DNA from: Octopus vulgaris
Taxonomy: Eukaryota
Assembly (NCBI GenBank): GCA_951406725.2
Contig: OX597829.1
Location: forward strand, 50,158,001-50,222,000
Direction: 5' to 3'
Length of the DNA: 64,000 nucleotides
In this document: positions 12,127-24,599 of the stretch, piece after piece
Numbering within the stretch: the first letter of the stretch is position 1
How the letters are laid out: every line of letters begins with the position of its first letter
Position numbers and translations under genes: made by a program
Notes under the pieces: model-generated
What the model saw: the letters and a program-made list of their open reading frames with translations, nothing else
What the model was told of the DNA's origin: nothing
Databases searched by the model: none

Positions 12127-13015
12127 TGGAATTGAACTTGGAATCTTGGGGTTAGTAGCCTGTGCTCTTAAGCACTACACTATATGCCCATGGGCAATTA
12201 TGGAGTGAATTTTAGGGCTCATAAATCTAATATTCTCCTATCCTTCCCTAATACCAGTTCCCATATGCTACTCATATCTGCACTCGGTCTGCTTAGGAGG
12301 TTGTTGTGTCCTAGCATATGTGCTGCTTCTTTTAGTTTTCATATTTTCCAGTGGTATTCTCTGTCTATTATTTTAACTTCATCCCTCAGGGGGAGGTGGT
12401 CTCCGTTTTTCCATACATGATCAACTATACCTGATTTACCAATATCTCCCCGTGTCACAGCTTTACGATGTTCCTCTACCCTTATTTTGAGGGGACAGCA
12501 TGTTTCGCCTTTGTATAACCTACCACAGCTGCATGGGATGGAGTACATGCAGTCTTCTTCTTCTTCATCACCACCACCACCACCACCACAAGGAGGAGGA
12601 GGAGGAGGAGGAGGAGGAGGAGGAGGAAGAAGAAGACGAAGAAGAAGAAGAAGAAGAAGAAGAAGAAGAAGAAGAAGAAGAAGAAGAAGAAGAAGAAGAA
12701 GAAGAAGAAGAAGAAGAAGAAGAAGAAGAAGAAGAAGAAGAAGAAGAAGAAGAAGAAGAAGAAGAAGAAGAAGAAGAAGAAGAAGAAGAAGAAGAAGAAG
12801 AAGAAGAAGAATGCCATTGATGCCGCCGCCAACGACAACAACAAAAAATATGTTAGGAATGAGAAGCCATGTTCGAAAATTCCCCAAGACACCTGATGAA
12901 GGCTGGAAGTTATATCAGCCGAAACGTTGTGCTAACAACAAACAAGATGAGGACAAATATCCGTCAAATGTAATATAAATAATGTACATAATTCCTCATC
13001 ACTTAAATATAGAAC
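11845..13015 (-). mobile_element. 5'-truncated Penelope-like element with GIY-YIG remnant and inverted pseudo-LTR
   Basis: 'CMYSIPCSCGRLYKGET...RVEEH...KSGIVDHVW' at about 12230-12555. 11985-12082 is an inverted copy of 12882-12975. Hammerhead cores in both copies. Confidence 0.85.
12590..12811 (+). repeat. (GGA)n followed by about 60 units of (GAA)n
   Basis: Direct reading. Confidence 0.95.
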
Positions 13016-13610
13016 TGAACAACAGCTTTATATTAAAATTGAACCAACAAGAGACCATCTATTAATCATTTGATTTGGTAGAAATAGCTGTTAAGTATTC
13101 CTCAAATCACACTCGGTTGTTTTAAATGAAGATGGACACATTAAACAATGTAGGTGTAATATATATAAAGGTTATGGCTGGGGGTAGTCATGGCTGGAAC
13201 GACTGATCATAGGTTTGTTTAATGAGATATAACTTCAATAACAGCAACAACAACAATAGCTACAACAACTCTTTAGTCTTACCAATATTATCCCAGATCC
13301 AAATTGATCTGGATTTCAAGACAGGAGATACTCAAGGCAAATTTGATTTTTGCAAATAATATATTTGACTGATTATCCCTTAAGAATTTAAATTGGTCAA
13401 ATCCACCTCAAATAAGAAAATTACTACTTTTAAATCTCACAACGTGAGGGTGCTAGATTCCCTTGTTCAAAAATATAAGGACACAGATCGTGTCGTGTAG
13501 CCAGCTGGAGACGATGTCTCCTGGGGCTAAATTACAGCAACATTCGTCCTAAACCAGGACTGCCATGTTATGTTGACAAACAATCTTTACCACCTCAAAT
13601 ATTCTACACA

Positions 13611-13997
13611 TCTTTATATATAAAAGAGAAGTTGTGTGTCTGTCTCCTATGATTTAGATTCCTAACTACTCCCACATTTTGCGGTGCAGTTTAACCAAAA
13701 CCGTGTATCTTATAGTTGTGATTCATATCAAGCCCTTCTGGGTATTAGCGCGCGTCTACGATGAGTCTACGATTTAAAAAAAAATTACCATCATTTTTTT
13801 CCATTTTAATGCATTTTTTCGCTATTATATAAGGGAAGTAACTCTCTAAAAATGTCTACGATGAGTCAACGATTTAAAAAAAAATTTACCATCATTTTTT
13901 TTCCATTTTTAATGCATTTTTTTGCTATTTTTTGGCTATAACTCTCTAAAAATGCTTATATAGTTATTTCCCTTACAAACCCGAGCGATACTGCTAG
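13611..13997 (+). mobile_element. Non-autonomous Helitron with an internal ~100-bp duplication
   Basis: A|TC 5' end and CTAG|T 3' end. Termini are related to the element at 50167-50545. Confidence 0.7.
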
Positions 13998-14061
13998 TTT
14001 TATCATAAAACTGGATAGATCCAGCCTTTCACACATAACAAATAAAAAATAAACAAACACA

Positions 14062-14236
14062 TAGGAGTGGCTGTGTGGTAAGTAGCTTGCTAACCAACCA
14101 CATGGTTCCGGGTTCAGTCCCACTGCGTGGCATCTTGGGCAAGTGTCTTCTGCTATAGCCCCGGGCCGACCAATGCCTTGTGAGTGGATTTGGTAGACGG
14201 AAACTGAAAGAAGCCTGTCGTATATATGTATATATG

Positions 14237-14267
<31 letters not shown>

Positions 14268-14470
14268 TTGTGTGTCTGTGTTTGTCCCCCTAGCATTGCT
14301 TGACAACCGATGCTGGTGTGTTTACGTCCCCATCACTTAGCAGTTCGGCAAAAGAGACCGATAGAATAAGTACTGGGCTTACAAAGAATAAGTCCCGGGG
14401 TCGATTTGCTCGACTAAAGGCGGTGCTCCAGCATGGCCGCAGTCAAATGACTGACACAAGTAAAAGAGTA
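14062..14470 (+). mobile_element. SINE family A, full length (other copies at 16577-16975, 17412-17806, 28626-29039, 35470-35890, 50943-51320, 56428-56720)
   Basis: tRNA-like head with A/B boxes, internal TA/TG microsatellite, tail TAAAGGCGGTGCTCCAGCATGGCC.CAGTCAAATGACTG...AAGTAAAAGAGTA. Confidence 0.9.
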
Positions 14471-15008
14471 CATCATCAAAATCTCAAAGCTATGAGATAA
14501 GACATGATTAATTCCATAAATGGTTAATACAGAAATAATAATCTCGTAGTTTATTTCAAGACTGTGCACATCTAAAGTGCACTTTAATCCTTTAGTGCTT
14601 AAACCTACCATATATCTGGCCTAAACAGGTGAGATCTAACCTTTCACACCTATCTTACAAAGTCATTCTAAAAACATAAACAATCATATCATTGAAATCA
14701 TGAAGCTATGAGATAATTCATGATTAATTCAAAACAATGTGAATAAATAGACATTACATTTACCAGAATAATCTGAACATTAAAGGATTAATGTTCTAAA
14801 AAAAACAAGTAAAGACTTTTTTTTTCTATTTGTACAATGATATGACTGAAAGTAAAGACTGCAAAATATGGCTTATCAAATGCCTGGACTGTAAGTCTGG
14901 GCATTTTTTACTAATTCTGATGTAAGACATTAATGACAAGATAACAACATACTGTCAAACAGCGTTAATTACAGAGCAATGTTATTTGTATGTGTTAGGG
15001 GATTTCCA

Positions 15009-15718
15009 TTAACCCTTTCATTACTGTATTTATTTTGAGATGCTCTGTGTTTCTTTCAATTAATTTTAAATATAACAAAGAATTTAGTAAAATAACTTAG
15101 TTATCATTAAGCTAGTGTTAGGAACATAAATTGTGACTAAGGTTTGGTGAAAGATTTTAATTCAAAACTTATGAAAACAAGTCATTTGTACTACAGAGCC
15201 AGAGGTGGTTTCAGGCAGGTTGGTAATGAAAGGGTTAAGAATTGTTTCTCTATTATATATTTTAACCCCTTTGTTACCATATTTCTGTTGAGATGCTCTG
15301 TGTTTCCTTCAGTTAATTTTAAATATAACAAAGAATTTAGTAAAATGACTTATTTATCATTAAGCTAGTGTTAGGAACATAAATTGTGACTAAGGTTTGG
15401 TGAAAGATTTTAATTCAAAACTTATGAAAACAAGTCATTTGTACTACAGAGCCAGAGGTGGTTTCAGGCAGGTTGGTAATGAAAGGGTTAAGAATTGTTT
15501 CTCTATTATATATTTTAACCCCTTTGTTACCATATTTCTGTTGAGATGCTCTGTGTTTCCTTCAGTTAATTTTAAATATAACAAAGAATTTAGTAAAATG
15601 ACTTATTTATCATTAAGCTAGTGTTAGGAACATAAATTGTGACTAAGGTTTGGTGGAAGATTTTAATTGAAAACTTATGAAAACAAGGCATTTATACTAC
15701 AGAGTCAGATCCAGTTTC
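15009..15718. mobile_element. Tandem array of a TTAA-flanked (piggyBac-type) MITE, 253-bp period, about 2.8 units
   Basis: TTAA-CCCTTTCATTAC...GTAATGAAAGGG-TTAA. Identical 74-aa pseudo-ORFs start at 15144 and 15397. Confidence 0.8.
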
Positions 15719-15719
15719 A

Positions 15720-15994
15720 GATGATGATGATGATGGTTGATGGTGATGGATGATGATGATGCTGATGATGATGATGATGGTGACAATGATGATAGTAGTG
15801 ATGATGATGATAATAATAGTGATGATGACAAAGCTGTTGATTATAGATGATGATGATGATGGTGATGATGATGATGATGATGGTGATGGTGATGATGATG
15901 ATGATGATTATGATGATGATGACGACGACAACGATAATGATGGTGGTGATGATGATGATGATGATAGTAATGATGACAATGCTTCTGATTATAG

Positions 15995-16057
<63 letters not shown>

Positions 16058-16094
16058 ATGATGATGATGACGACGACAACGATAATGATGGTGG

Positions 16095-16152
<58 letters not shown>

Positions 16153-16160
16153 GGTGGTGG
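15720..16160. repeat. (GAT/GGT)n compound microsatellite
   Basis: Direct reading. Confidence 0.95.
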
Positions 16161-18306
16161 TTAGAATGATGGTTTGTTATTAAATGCGTTGGTCTTTGCC
16201 TCTTTAACCAGAATCTTTGTTCTGCAAACCAGTGCAATTGTAAACATTGTCTTGAACAGTATATTGAAGAAAGCTTTCTGAAACCATAGCAACAAGAAGA
16301 ATTCAGAAAAAGAAAAAAATAATTTACAAAACTATTTAAAGTACCACAATCTAATCAATGCACTGGCATAATTTACTGTTGTTAGCTTAGGCTTTGTAGA
16401 CCTATAATCAAAACCATTCCAGTCATGACTATTCCAACTTTCCTGTCTCTAGGTCTGTTTTATCCAACATCTCTTTACATTTTTAAGATGGTAAGTGTGA
16501 GATTTGAAGTTAACGGGGCTACCGTTTCTAGCAGATAAAAACACTATATTTAAGGGACCTCCACATTGGTGCTGACTTGGCTGTGTAGTAAGAAGTTTGC
16601 TTCCTAATCACATGGCTCTGGGTTCAGTCCCACTGTGTGGCACCTTGGGCACGTGTCTTCTACTATAGCCTTGGTCCAACCAAAGTTTTGTGGGTGGATT
16701 TGGTAGACAGAAACTGAAAGAAGCCCATTGTATATATTTATATATATGCATGTGAATGTGTATCTGTATTTATGTTTGTCCCCTACCACTACTTGACAAC
16801 AGATGCTGGTGTGTTTACATCTCTGTAACTTAGCAGTTTGCCAAAAGAGACCAATAGAATAAGTACCTGGTTTTAAAAGGAAAATAAGAAATTGAGTTGA
16901 TTCCTCAAGTTCTTAAAAACACTTTAAGGTGGTGCCCCAGCATGGCCACAGTCTAAGACTGAAACAAGTAAAAGATTAGCATGACAAGTAGGGTTTTGCT
17001 GTTTCGTTATGGTTATTTAGTCTCCAATCTATGCCAGAATGGATTGGAGGCATTAACCATTTAGCATTCAAACTGGCCAAATCCAGCCGAGATTTTCAAC
17101 CTGTTTTATGGCCAATCTATCTGGATCAGGCTTCCCACACCTTTCCTACAATGTCAGTCTAAGAATAAACCACAACATCATTGAAATCACAAAGCTCTGA
17201 GATATTGTGTGATTAATTCAAAAACAATGTGAATAAATAATTATTTCATTTCATTGGGTAATCTTAAATGATGAATGGTTAAATGATGATGAAGATGATG
17301 ATGATAATAATGATGATGATGATGATGATGATGGTGATGGTGATGCTGATGATGATGAGACCAGCATTGACAGAGAACATTGTAGACATATCAGCAAAAA
17401 CATTCCACCCATAGGCGTAGGAGTGGCTGTATGGTAAGTAGATTGCTTACGAACCACATGGTTCTGGGTTCAGTCCCACTGCGTGGCACCTTGGGCAAGT
17501 GTCTTCTACTATAGCCTCAGGCCGACCAAAGCCTTGTGAGTGGATTTGGTAGACATAAACTGAAAGAAGCCCGTCGTATATATGTATATATATGTATGTG
17601 TGTGTATATGTATGTGTGTGTATCAGCTTGACAACAGATGCTGGTGTGTTTACATCCCCGTAACTTAGTGGTTCGGCATAAGAGGCCAATAGAATACGTA
17701 CTAGGCTTACAAAGAACAAGTCCTGGGGTCGATTTGCTCGACTACAGGTGGTGCTTCAGTATGGCCACAGTCAAATGACAGAAACAAGTAAGAGAGTAAA
17801 AGAGTATCCACGACCATTCTGTCTTTCTTTGGGTGTGTTATCACCAAATAAGTTCATAAAAAAAAAAAGATAATAAATTTGAAGGAAATATGGCTGCTTT
17901 TTCTATCAGGGTGAGTGATTGTATAAAAGGGTCCTTCATTTGTTCATGACATTTAGTGGTTTAATTTCAAATGAAAGATATTAAGGTTAGAGAATGAGAC
18001 AACGAGCTAAATTAGTCTCATTACATTAATGAATTCACGACGCAAACGTTGTAAAATGCTCTCCCGCTGTCTCTTATGAATGTTTTAATAATGTGCATGA
18101 ATTATCTCGGTAACAATTGTAGTCATCAGTTAAAAATAAAGTTGCCAACCTTGACAAGTAGCTTAATTGGCAAGCTAACAAAGTGTGTGAGTAGGTGTGT
18201 GTGCGTGTGTGTGTATGGGGGACTTTTACATGGTTACATGACCACTTGAACCTCCAAGAAATAACATGAAAATCTCATAACAGCAAAAAAAAAACTAAAA
18301 AAGAAA

Positions 18307-18364
<58 letters not shown>

Positions 18365-18479
18365 TGGCCTGAAATGCAATAAAAAAATAAAAAGAGTACT
18401 AAATAACGTGATCCTAAATAGATTATGCTTGCAAACAAACAAAAGAAAAAAACAATTAAAAACAAGGTGGTTGGAAATG

Positions 18480-18905
18480 CTAAGCAGGCAGAAAGACAAA
18501 CAGATAGACTGATAAATTGATAGACAGGCAGACAGGAAGGAAGGCAAGTAAACAGATTGACAGACAGAGACTTTGACAGACAGATAGATTGACAGACAGG
18601 CAGACAGGCAAGCAGGAAGGCAAATAAATAAACAAATTGACAGAGAAATTGACAGACAGATAAACAAATTGACAGACAGGCAGGCAGGCAAGCAGGAAGG
18701 CAAATGAATAGACAGATTGACAGACAGGCAGACAGGCAAGCAGGAAGGCAAATGAATAGACAGACAGATTGACAGACAGGCAGACAGGCAAGCAGGAAGG
18801 CAAATGAATAGACAGACAGATTGACAGACAGGTAGGCAAACAAGAAAGCAAATAGATTGACAGACAGGCAGGAAGGCAAATGAATAGAGAGACAGATTAA
18901 CAGAT
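18480..18905. repeat. Degenerate (GACA/GGCA) minisatellite
   Basis: Repeated unit like GACAGACAGGCAGACAGGCAAGCAGGAAGGCAAATGAATAGACAGATT. Confidence 0.85.
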
Positions 18906-19384
18906 AGGCACAAGGCCAGCAATTTCAAAGGAAGAGGTAAGTTGATTACCTCGACCCCCAATACTCAACTGGTAATTATTTTATCAACCTTGAAACGATG
19001 AAAGGCAAAGTTGACCTCCATGGTATTTGAACTCAGAACGTTAAAATGTACAAAATACCGCTAAGCAATTTTTCCATTGTGCTAAAAATCCTGCCAGTTT
19101 GCCACTGAAATAATCCTTTCTAGTAAAGGCACAAGGCCTGAAATTTGTGGGGGAGGGGACCAGTTAATTACATCGAGCCCAGTGTATGACTGGTACTTAT
19201 TTTACCGACCCCAAAAGGAATGAAAGACAAAGTCGACCTTGCCAGAATTTGAACTCAGACCGTAAAGATGAATGAAATGCTGCTGAACATTTTGCCCAGC
19301 ATGCTAACAATTCTGACAGTTTGCTGCCATTGCCACCTTAATAATAATAATAATAATAGTAAATATCATGAAGAAAAAAATGCT

Positions 19385-19750
19385 TTCTAATCGATGTATC
19401 AATACCAGCAGATGAAAACGTGTCACTAAAACAGAGTAACCTTCATGATACAAAAACCTGGAAATAGAGGTAACTCGAATGTGGAATCTAAAAACAGAAA
19501 TGATTCCTATCATAGTAGGTGCATAATAGGTGAAAAAATATTCAGACAAATACATAACAAAAACACCAGGACTTATAAACACATATAACATACAGAAAAT
19601 TGCATTATTGGGCACTGCACACATCCTATGCAAAATACTTTCAATACAGTAACCATAAGAGCATCACAGCAAACCGCAGCACACACCCAAGGCACACAGA
19701 GCTGTGCTTGGTAGTGAAGTGAAAGCACGATATAAAAATAAAACTACTGA
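19385..19750 (+). mobile_element. R4/Dong-clade non-LTR retrotransposon 3' fragment in a (TAA)n tract
   Basis: 'YKNLEIEVTRMWNLKTEMIPIIVGA...IQKIALLGTAHIL' restriction-like endonuclease C-terminus. (TAA)n on both sides, the known Dong target. Confidence 0.8.
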
Positions 19751-21109
19751 ATAATAATAATAAAAATAATAATAATAATAATATTGGTTTCAGATTTTTG
19801 CACAAGGCCAGCAGTTTTGGGGGAGAGATTAAGTTGATTATACTGACCTCAGTGTCCAACTGGTTCTTATTTTATCGATTCCAAAAGGAATGAAATGCAA
19901 AGTCAACTTTGGAAGAAAATTTGAAGTCAGAACATAAAGATGGACAAAATGCCTCTTAGCATTTTGTCAGGCATGCTAATGAATCTGTTAGCTTACATCA
20001 TCAGCATCATTTAACATCCGGTGTCCATGCTGGCATGGGTTGGACAGTTTGACTGGAGACTGGCAAGCCAATAGGCTGCTACACCAGGCTCCAATCCGAT
20101 CTGGCAGTGTTTCTACAGCTGGATACCCTTCCTAATGGCAACCACTCCGTGAGTGTAGTGGGTGCTTTTACAGGTAGCACTGGCATCGGCCACATTTGGA
20201 TGGTACTTTTTACATGCTACTGGCACAGGAGCCAGTCAGGGTGGGGAGGCTGACATTGACCATGTTTGGATGGTGTTTTTTATGTGCCAGCAGCATGGGG
20301 AGCCAGTCAGGAGGCACTGGCAATGACCCACGCAAGCATTGTGCTTATTGCATGCCACTAGCACAATAATACTTTTGTGTATTTCTCCATCACTACATAT
20401 GAGTGAGAAAGGAAGGGATGATAGATGAATAAGGAAGGGAGGGGTGATGGCAAACTTGGTAGTGAGATGATGGAAATTCTATGGTGAAAAGGCAAAAAAA
20501 TCAAACAGCGTTTCAACTCTGTGTGAGTATATGTGTGTGTATGTGTAAAAGGGAGGTGTGTGAATGTTTGTATTTGTGTGTATGTGTGCAATAGAAGTGG
20601 GATGGTGAACATTCAATGCTGAAAAGAAAAATCAAACAGTGTTTCAACTCTGTGCGATTATACGTGTGTATGTGTGTGCATGTACAAGTGAAGTATGCAA
20701 ACATTTGTATGTGTGAACTAGTGTTCTATCAGTAACAAATGATGGGGACTCAAACATACCAATACTGGTTGTCAAGCAGTGGAGTGGGAACAAGACAAAC
20801 ACACACACACAAATAAATATATAACAACAAATGGATAATGGTTCGTTCACTACAGCTGTTTCCAATGAATTTTTATCAATGAATAGAAATATTACATGTG
20901 GAAAAATATACTTTCTCATCAGGTGAATATACATGAATTTCATATTAAAACATTCCAGTAGTCGCCAGTTTGTGCCACTTTATGATTCTCTGACTAGTAA
21001 AATGTTGTTTTTTTTCACAGGACTTAATATATTTATGTATCAATAAAAAAAATTCATTGGAAACAGCTGTAAAGAAAAAAAACCATTATCCATCTATTGT
21101 TATTAATCA

Positions 21110-21610
21110 TTATTCACATATGGACAGGTGCTCCTGTGGATTGTTTAATTCTGTTGGACCGCATTCAATGCCATATTTGTAATGCTTATTGGTCCTAATC
21201 TATCTTCTAAATTGGATTCATTCTCTCATCATTATCATCATGTGGCTTCCTTGCCCCTTTTCTATAAGTATTTTAATGGACATTGTTCAGCTGAGCTCTC
21301 TTCTTTGGTTCCTCCTTCAAGAACTTATCACTGATCAACTAGACTTACATCCAGTTCTCACTAGTAGACTGTGCAACCTCCTAAGTGCCGTAAAGCACTT
21401 TACACTACCAGTTTCTTCCATTGCATCGCACCTCTAAACTTTGGAATCCCCTTCCACAGACTTGTTTCCCTTTTCAATATTGCCTCCAGTCTTTTAAGTC
21501 TAATGTACATCATCATCTATTGACTTCTGTCCAGTGTCCATTTTCTTCTAAAAGCTCTTACATTTTCAGTGCTCTAAGGAGATTGTAATGAGCAAATGCT
21601 TTGAAAAATA
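21110..21610 (+). mobile_element. Old CR1/L2-type LINE 3' fragment; similar fragment at 27855-28115(-)
   Basis: 'FYKYFNGHCSAELS...WNPLP...QSFKSNV' here, and 'SFF...RLCNSLPSHCFPPSYDLKSLKSRVN' in the second copy. Confidence 0.6.
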
Positions 21611-22123
21611 AAAAAATTCAGAGCATGCAATTAGCATAGATCTGGAGTCTATCAAGTGCAGTATAATTAGTGCAGTGTTTTTATCCATGTGCAGCCTTGA
21701 GACTCATAATTTCATCAGGTTAGTATAATATCTTAATATAAAATAAACGTAATACTTTTGTAAAATAATCCGAAATTATTCACATACTTTTTGCTAACTT
21801 TACATCATAAAATTATAAAAATTAACTATCCATAATGAATTATAATCAATCATTTGAAACTAAATTAAATAAAAACTAAAAATTCAAAAGATAAAAACCA
21901 ACCTACTTTTCACTGGTTTGAACTCAGATCATGTAAAAATCAAACAGATTTACCCAATATATTTGTATTTACAACTGGAATAATGATCTGTCTATACTTC
22001 AGTATGTAGCTATTTGTTCCTATGCTTTTGTAATATACATGATTCCTTTTATTTAACCCGACCCAGTGCGTTACCATTTAAGTATCTGATTCACTTGCAT
22101 CCTGAAAACCTTGCTGAACCTTA

Positions 22124-22164
<41 letters not shown>

Positions 22165-22971
22165 GGGCATTACTATACATAAATGCCTTACACTAGGAGG
22201 GACTCTTACAGTCAAAACTACCATAATTGTACTGAACGTGAGGGAATGCAAATCTTGAAGCAAGCATTTTAAAAACAGAATTCAGCTGCATATCATATGA
22301 TTCCATAATTAGTGCACATTTTGTGCACTAATTATGAAATGCTCACTTCCAGATTTGCATTCCCTCGTGTTCGGCATAATGTGTTTATTTGTTATGGTAG
22401 TTTTTGACTGTAAGAGTCCCTCCAGCATGAGGCATTTATGTATAGTAATGCCCTTAACATAAATAAATGTATTTAAGGGGAATAAATGATGGATTTTTCC
22501 CTTATGAGGTTTTTCACGCTAACTACTTGATAAATTCTTATAAAGATTTTATCCTAGTTTTATATATATATATATATATATCTACAGGGTGCGATAGATA
22601 AACTGTTGCAATTTTATATTTTTAATTTCACGCATGCACATTGTTTGTTTTTGATTTTGTTGACTACACAGTATAGTAGGGTCAGTTGGGCACAGTCTGT
22701 GAGAAAAACAGTACCATGATGCAATTTACTCTGCCAGAAATTTGGAAATGACATGTTGTACTGTTTGGCATTCATGCTGGAAGTGATAAAAATCATGCTG
22801 GAATTGATAAAATCACCCCAGAAGTGATGAAAATCATGCTGAGAGTGATAAAAATCAAACATCCAGTCAACATCATGGTGTTGGGAGTGATCACTACGAT
22901 GGCAACATTATGCCTCATTCATCATTCCACATGGCCTCGGATGCAACACATCTGAAACAATTAAAAGAATA

Positions 22972-23905
22972 TCATCATCGTTTAACGTCCGTTTTCCATG
23001 CTAGCATGGGTTGGACAGTTCAACTGGGGTCTGGAAAGCCAGGAGGCTGCACCAGGCTCCAGTCTGATCTGGCAGTGTTTCTACAGCTGGATGCCCTTCG
23101 TAATGCCAACCACTCTGTGAGTGTAGTGGGTGCTTTTCTCGTGCCAGGGGAAGCTGGCAACGGCCATGATCGGTTGGTACTTTTTACGTGCCACCGGCAC
23201 GGAAGCCAGTCAAGGCGGTACTGGCATTGGCCACGTGCGGATGGTGCTTTTTACATGCCACCGGCACAGGTATCACAACTACAATTTCCATTTGATTTTT
23301 TTATGTAGATGTACTTGACACAATAGGTCTCCTCAAGCACAGCAGTTCACCCTACGATCCAAGGTAAGCACAGCAGGTCGTCCTGCGATCCAAGGCACTT
23401 TGGATGGGCTGGGGCTTCTATGTGAAGCTGGTGCAGGAAACAGCAATGAACTCACATCGGGTCTTCACAGTCACAGCATATCTCCAGAGGTCTTGGTCTT
23501 TCATCATTGCCTCTGTGAGGCCCAACGCTCTGAGGTCATGCTTCACCACCTCATCTTCCTGGGTCTACTTCTACCCTGGATTCCTTCAACTGTTTGGGAG
23601 TGGCACTTCTTCACACATCTCTCCTCATCCATCCGTAGTACATGACCATACCAGCGCAAACGTCTCTCTTGCACGCCACATCCAATGTTTCTTATGTCCA
23701 GCATTTCTCCCAGGACACTTACACTCTGTCCAGTATGCACACTGACATTACGCATCCAGCGGATCATGCTAGCTTCATTTCTTTCAAGCCTACACATGTC
23801 CTCTGCAGTCACAGCCCATGTTTCACTACCGTGAAGCATGGCAGTTCGCACACATGCATCATACAATCTACCTTTCGCTCTGAGCGAGAGACCCTTTGTC
23901 ACCAG
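22972..23905 (-). mobile_element. 5'-truncated copy of the RTE LINE
   Basis: 'LVTKGLSLRAKGRLYDACVRTAMLHGSETWAVTAEDM...' is nearly identical to the LINE at 48310-48680. Same 3' UTR and (ATG)n tail. Confidence 0.9.
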
Positions 23906-24599
23906 TTGGACTCTCCCATTGTTAGGCAACGTATGAGGGTTTGACAATTTCTTACCGTAAAACCTCAGAAGATGATTTGTTTATAGCAATCGAATGTTTG
24001 TGTAGACATAAGCTCACTTTCTCCATCAAATCAGCATTACCTGTACAGGTGCATCGGGTGCCGCATGTCAGATGTCGAAATGATTGTAGAGCAATGTGAA
24101 ATGAAGTGCTTTGCTCAAGAACACAATGTAATGCCCAGTCTGGGAATCGAACTCATGATTTCACAATCATGAGTGCAACACCTTAACCACTAAGCCATGT
24201 GCCTTCATAAATGTATATACATACATACATACCATGGGCTTCTTCCAATATTTGTTGACCAAATCCATTCACAAGGCTTTGATCTATAGCGAAAGACATT
24301 TGCCCAAGATGCCACTTTGTGGGGCTGAACCCCAAGACCATAAAGTTGAGCAGCAGGCTTGTTACCACTTAGCCATGCCTGCACCTATGTGTAGTTTCAC
24401 AAACTTTTCTGTTCACCTTATAATAATTTTGGCATCACCGATTTTCCATATTTTCAATTTCCCTTGTTTGGTCCAATTAGACCTACACACACACACTCTT
24501 TGACAATTGCAACAACAATCAAGAATTATGATTCCAAATTCATTTTCTCAAGTTAATTTGCACCATTAGATGAAGCAACCCAACAAAGGTCATCTTGAC

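Noticed and set aside
12482-12978. Long poly-F/R/E/L ORFs, and similar poly-M/D/H, YI, HT and LSIY ORFs across the window
   Set aside because: They are translations of microsatellites, with no coding signal.
14062-14135. tRNA-like sequences with A/B boxes
   Set aside because: They are heads of multicopy SINEs without a proper cloverleaf or terminator, not tRNA genes.
16175-16280. Possible extra CEP104 exon (open frame after tttcag on the minus strand) and a miR-92-like seed AATTGCAC
   Set aside because: The frame runs into a stop with no donor and has no CEP104 similarity. There is no precursor hairpin or 3' match for the miRNA.
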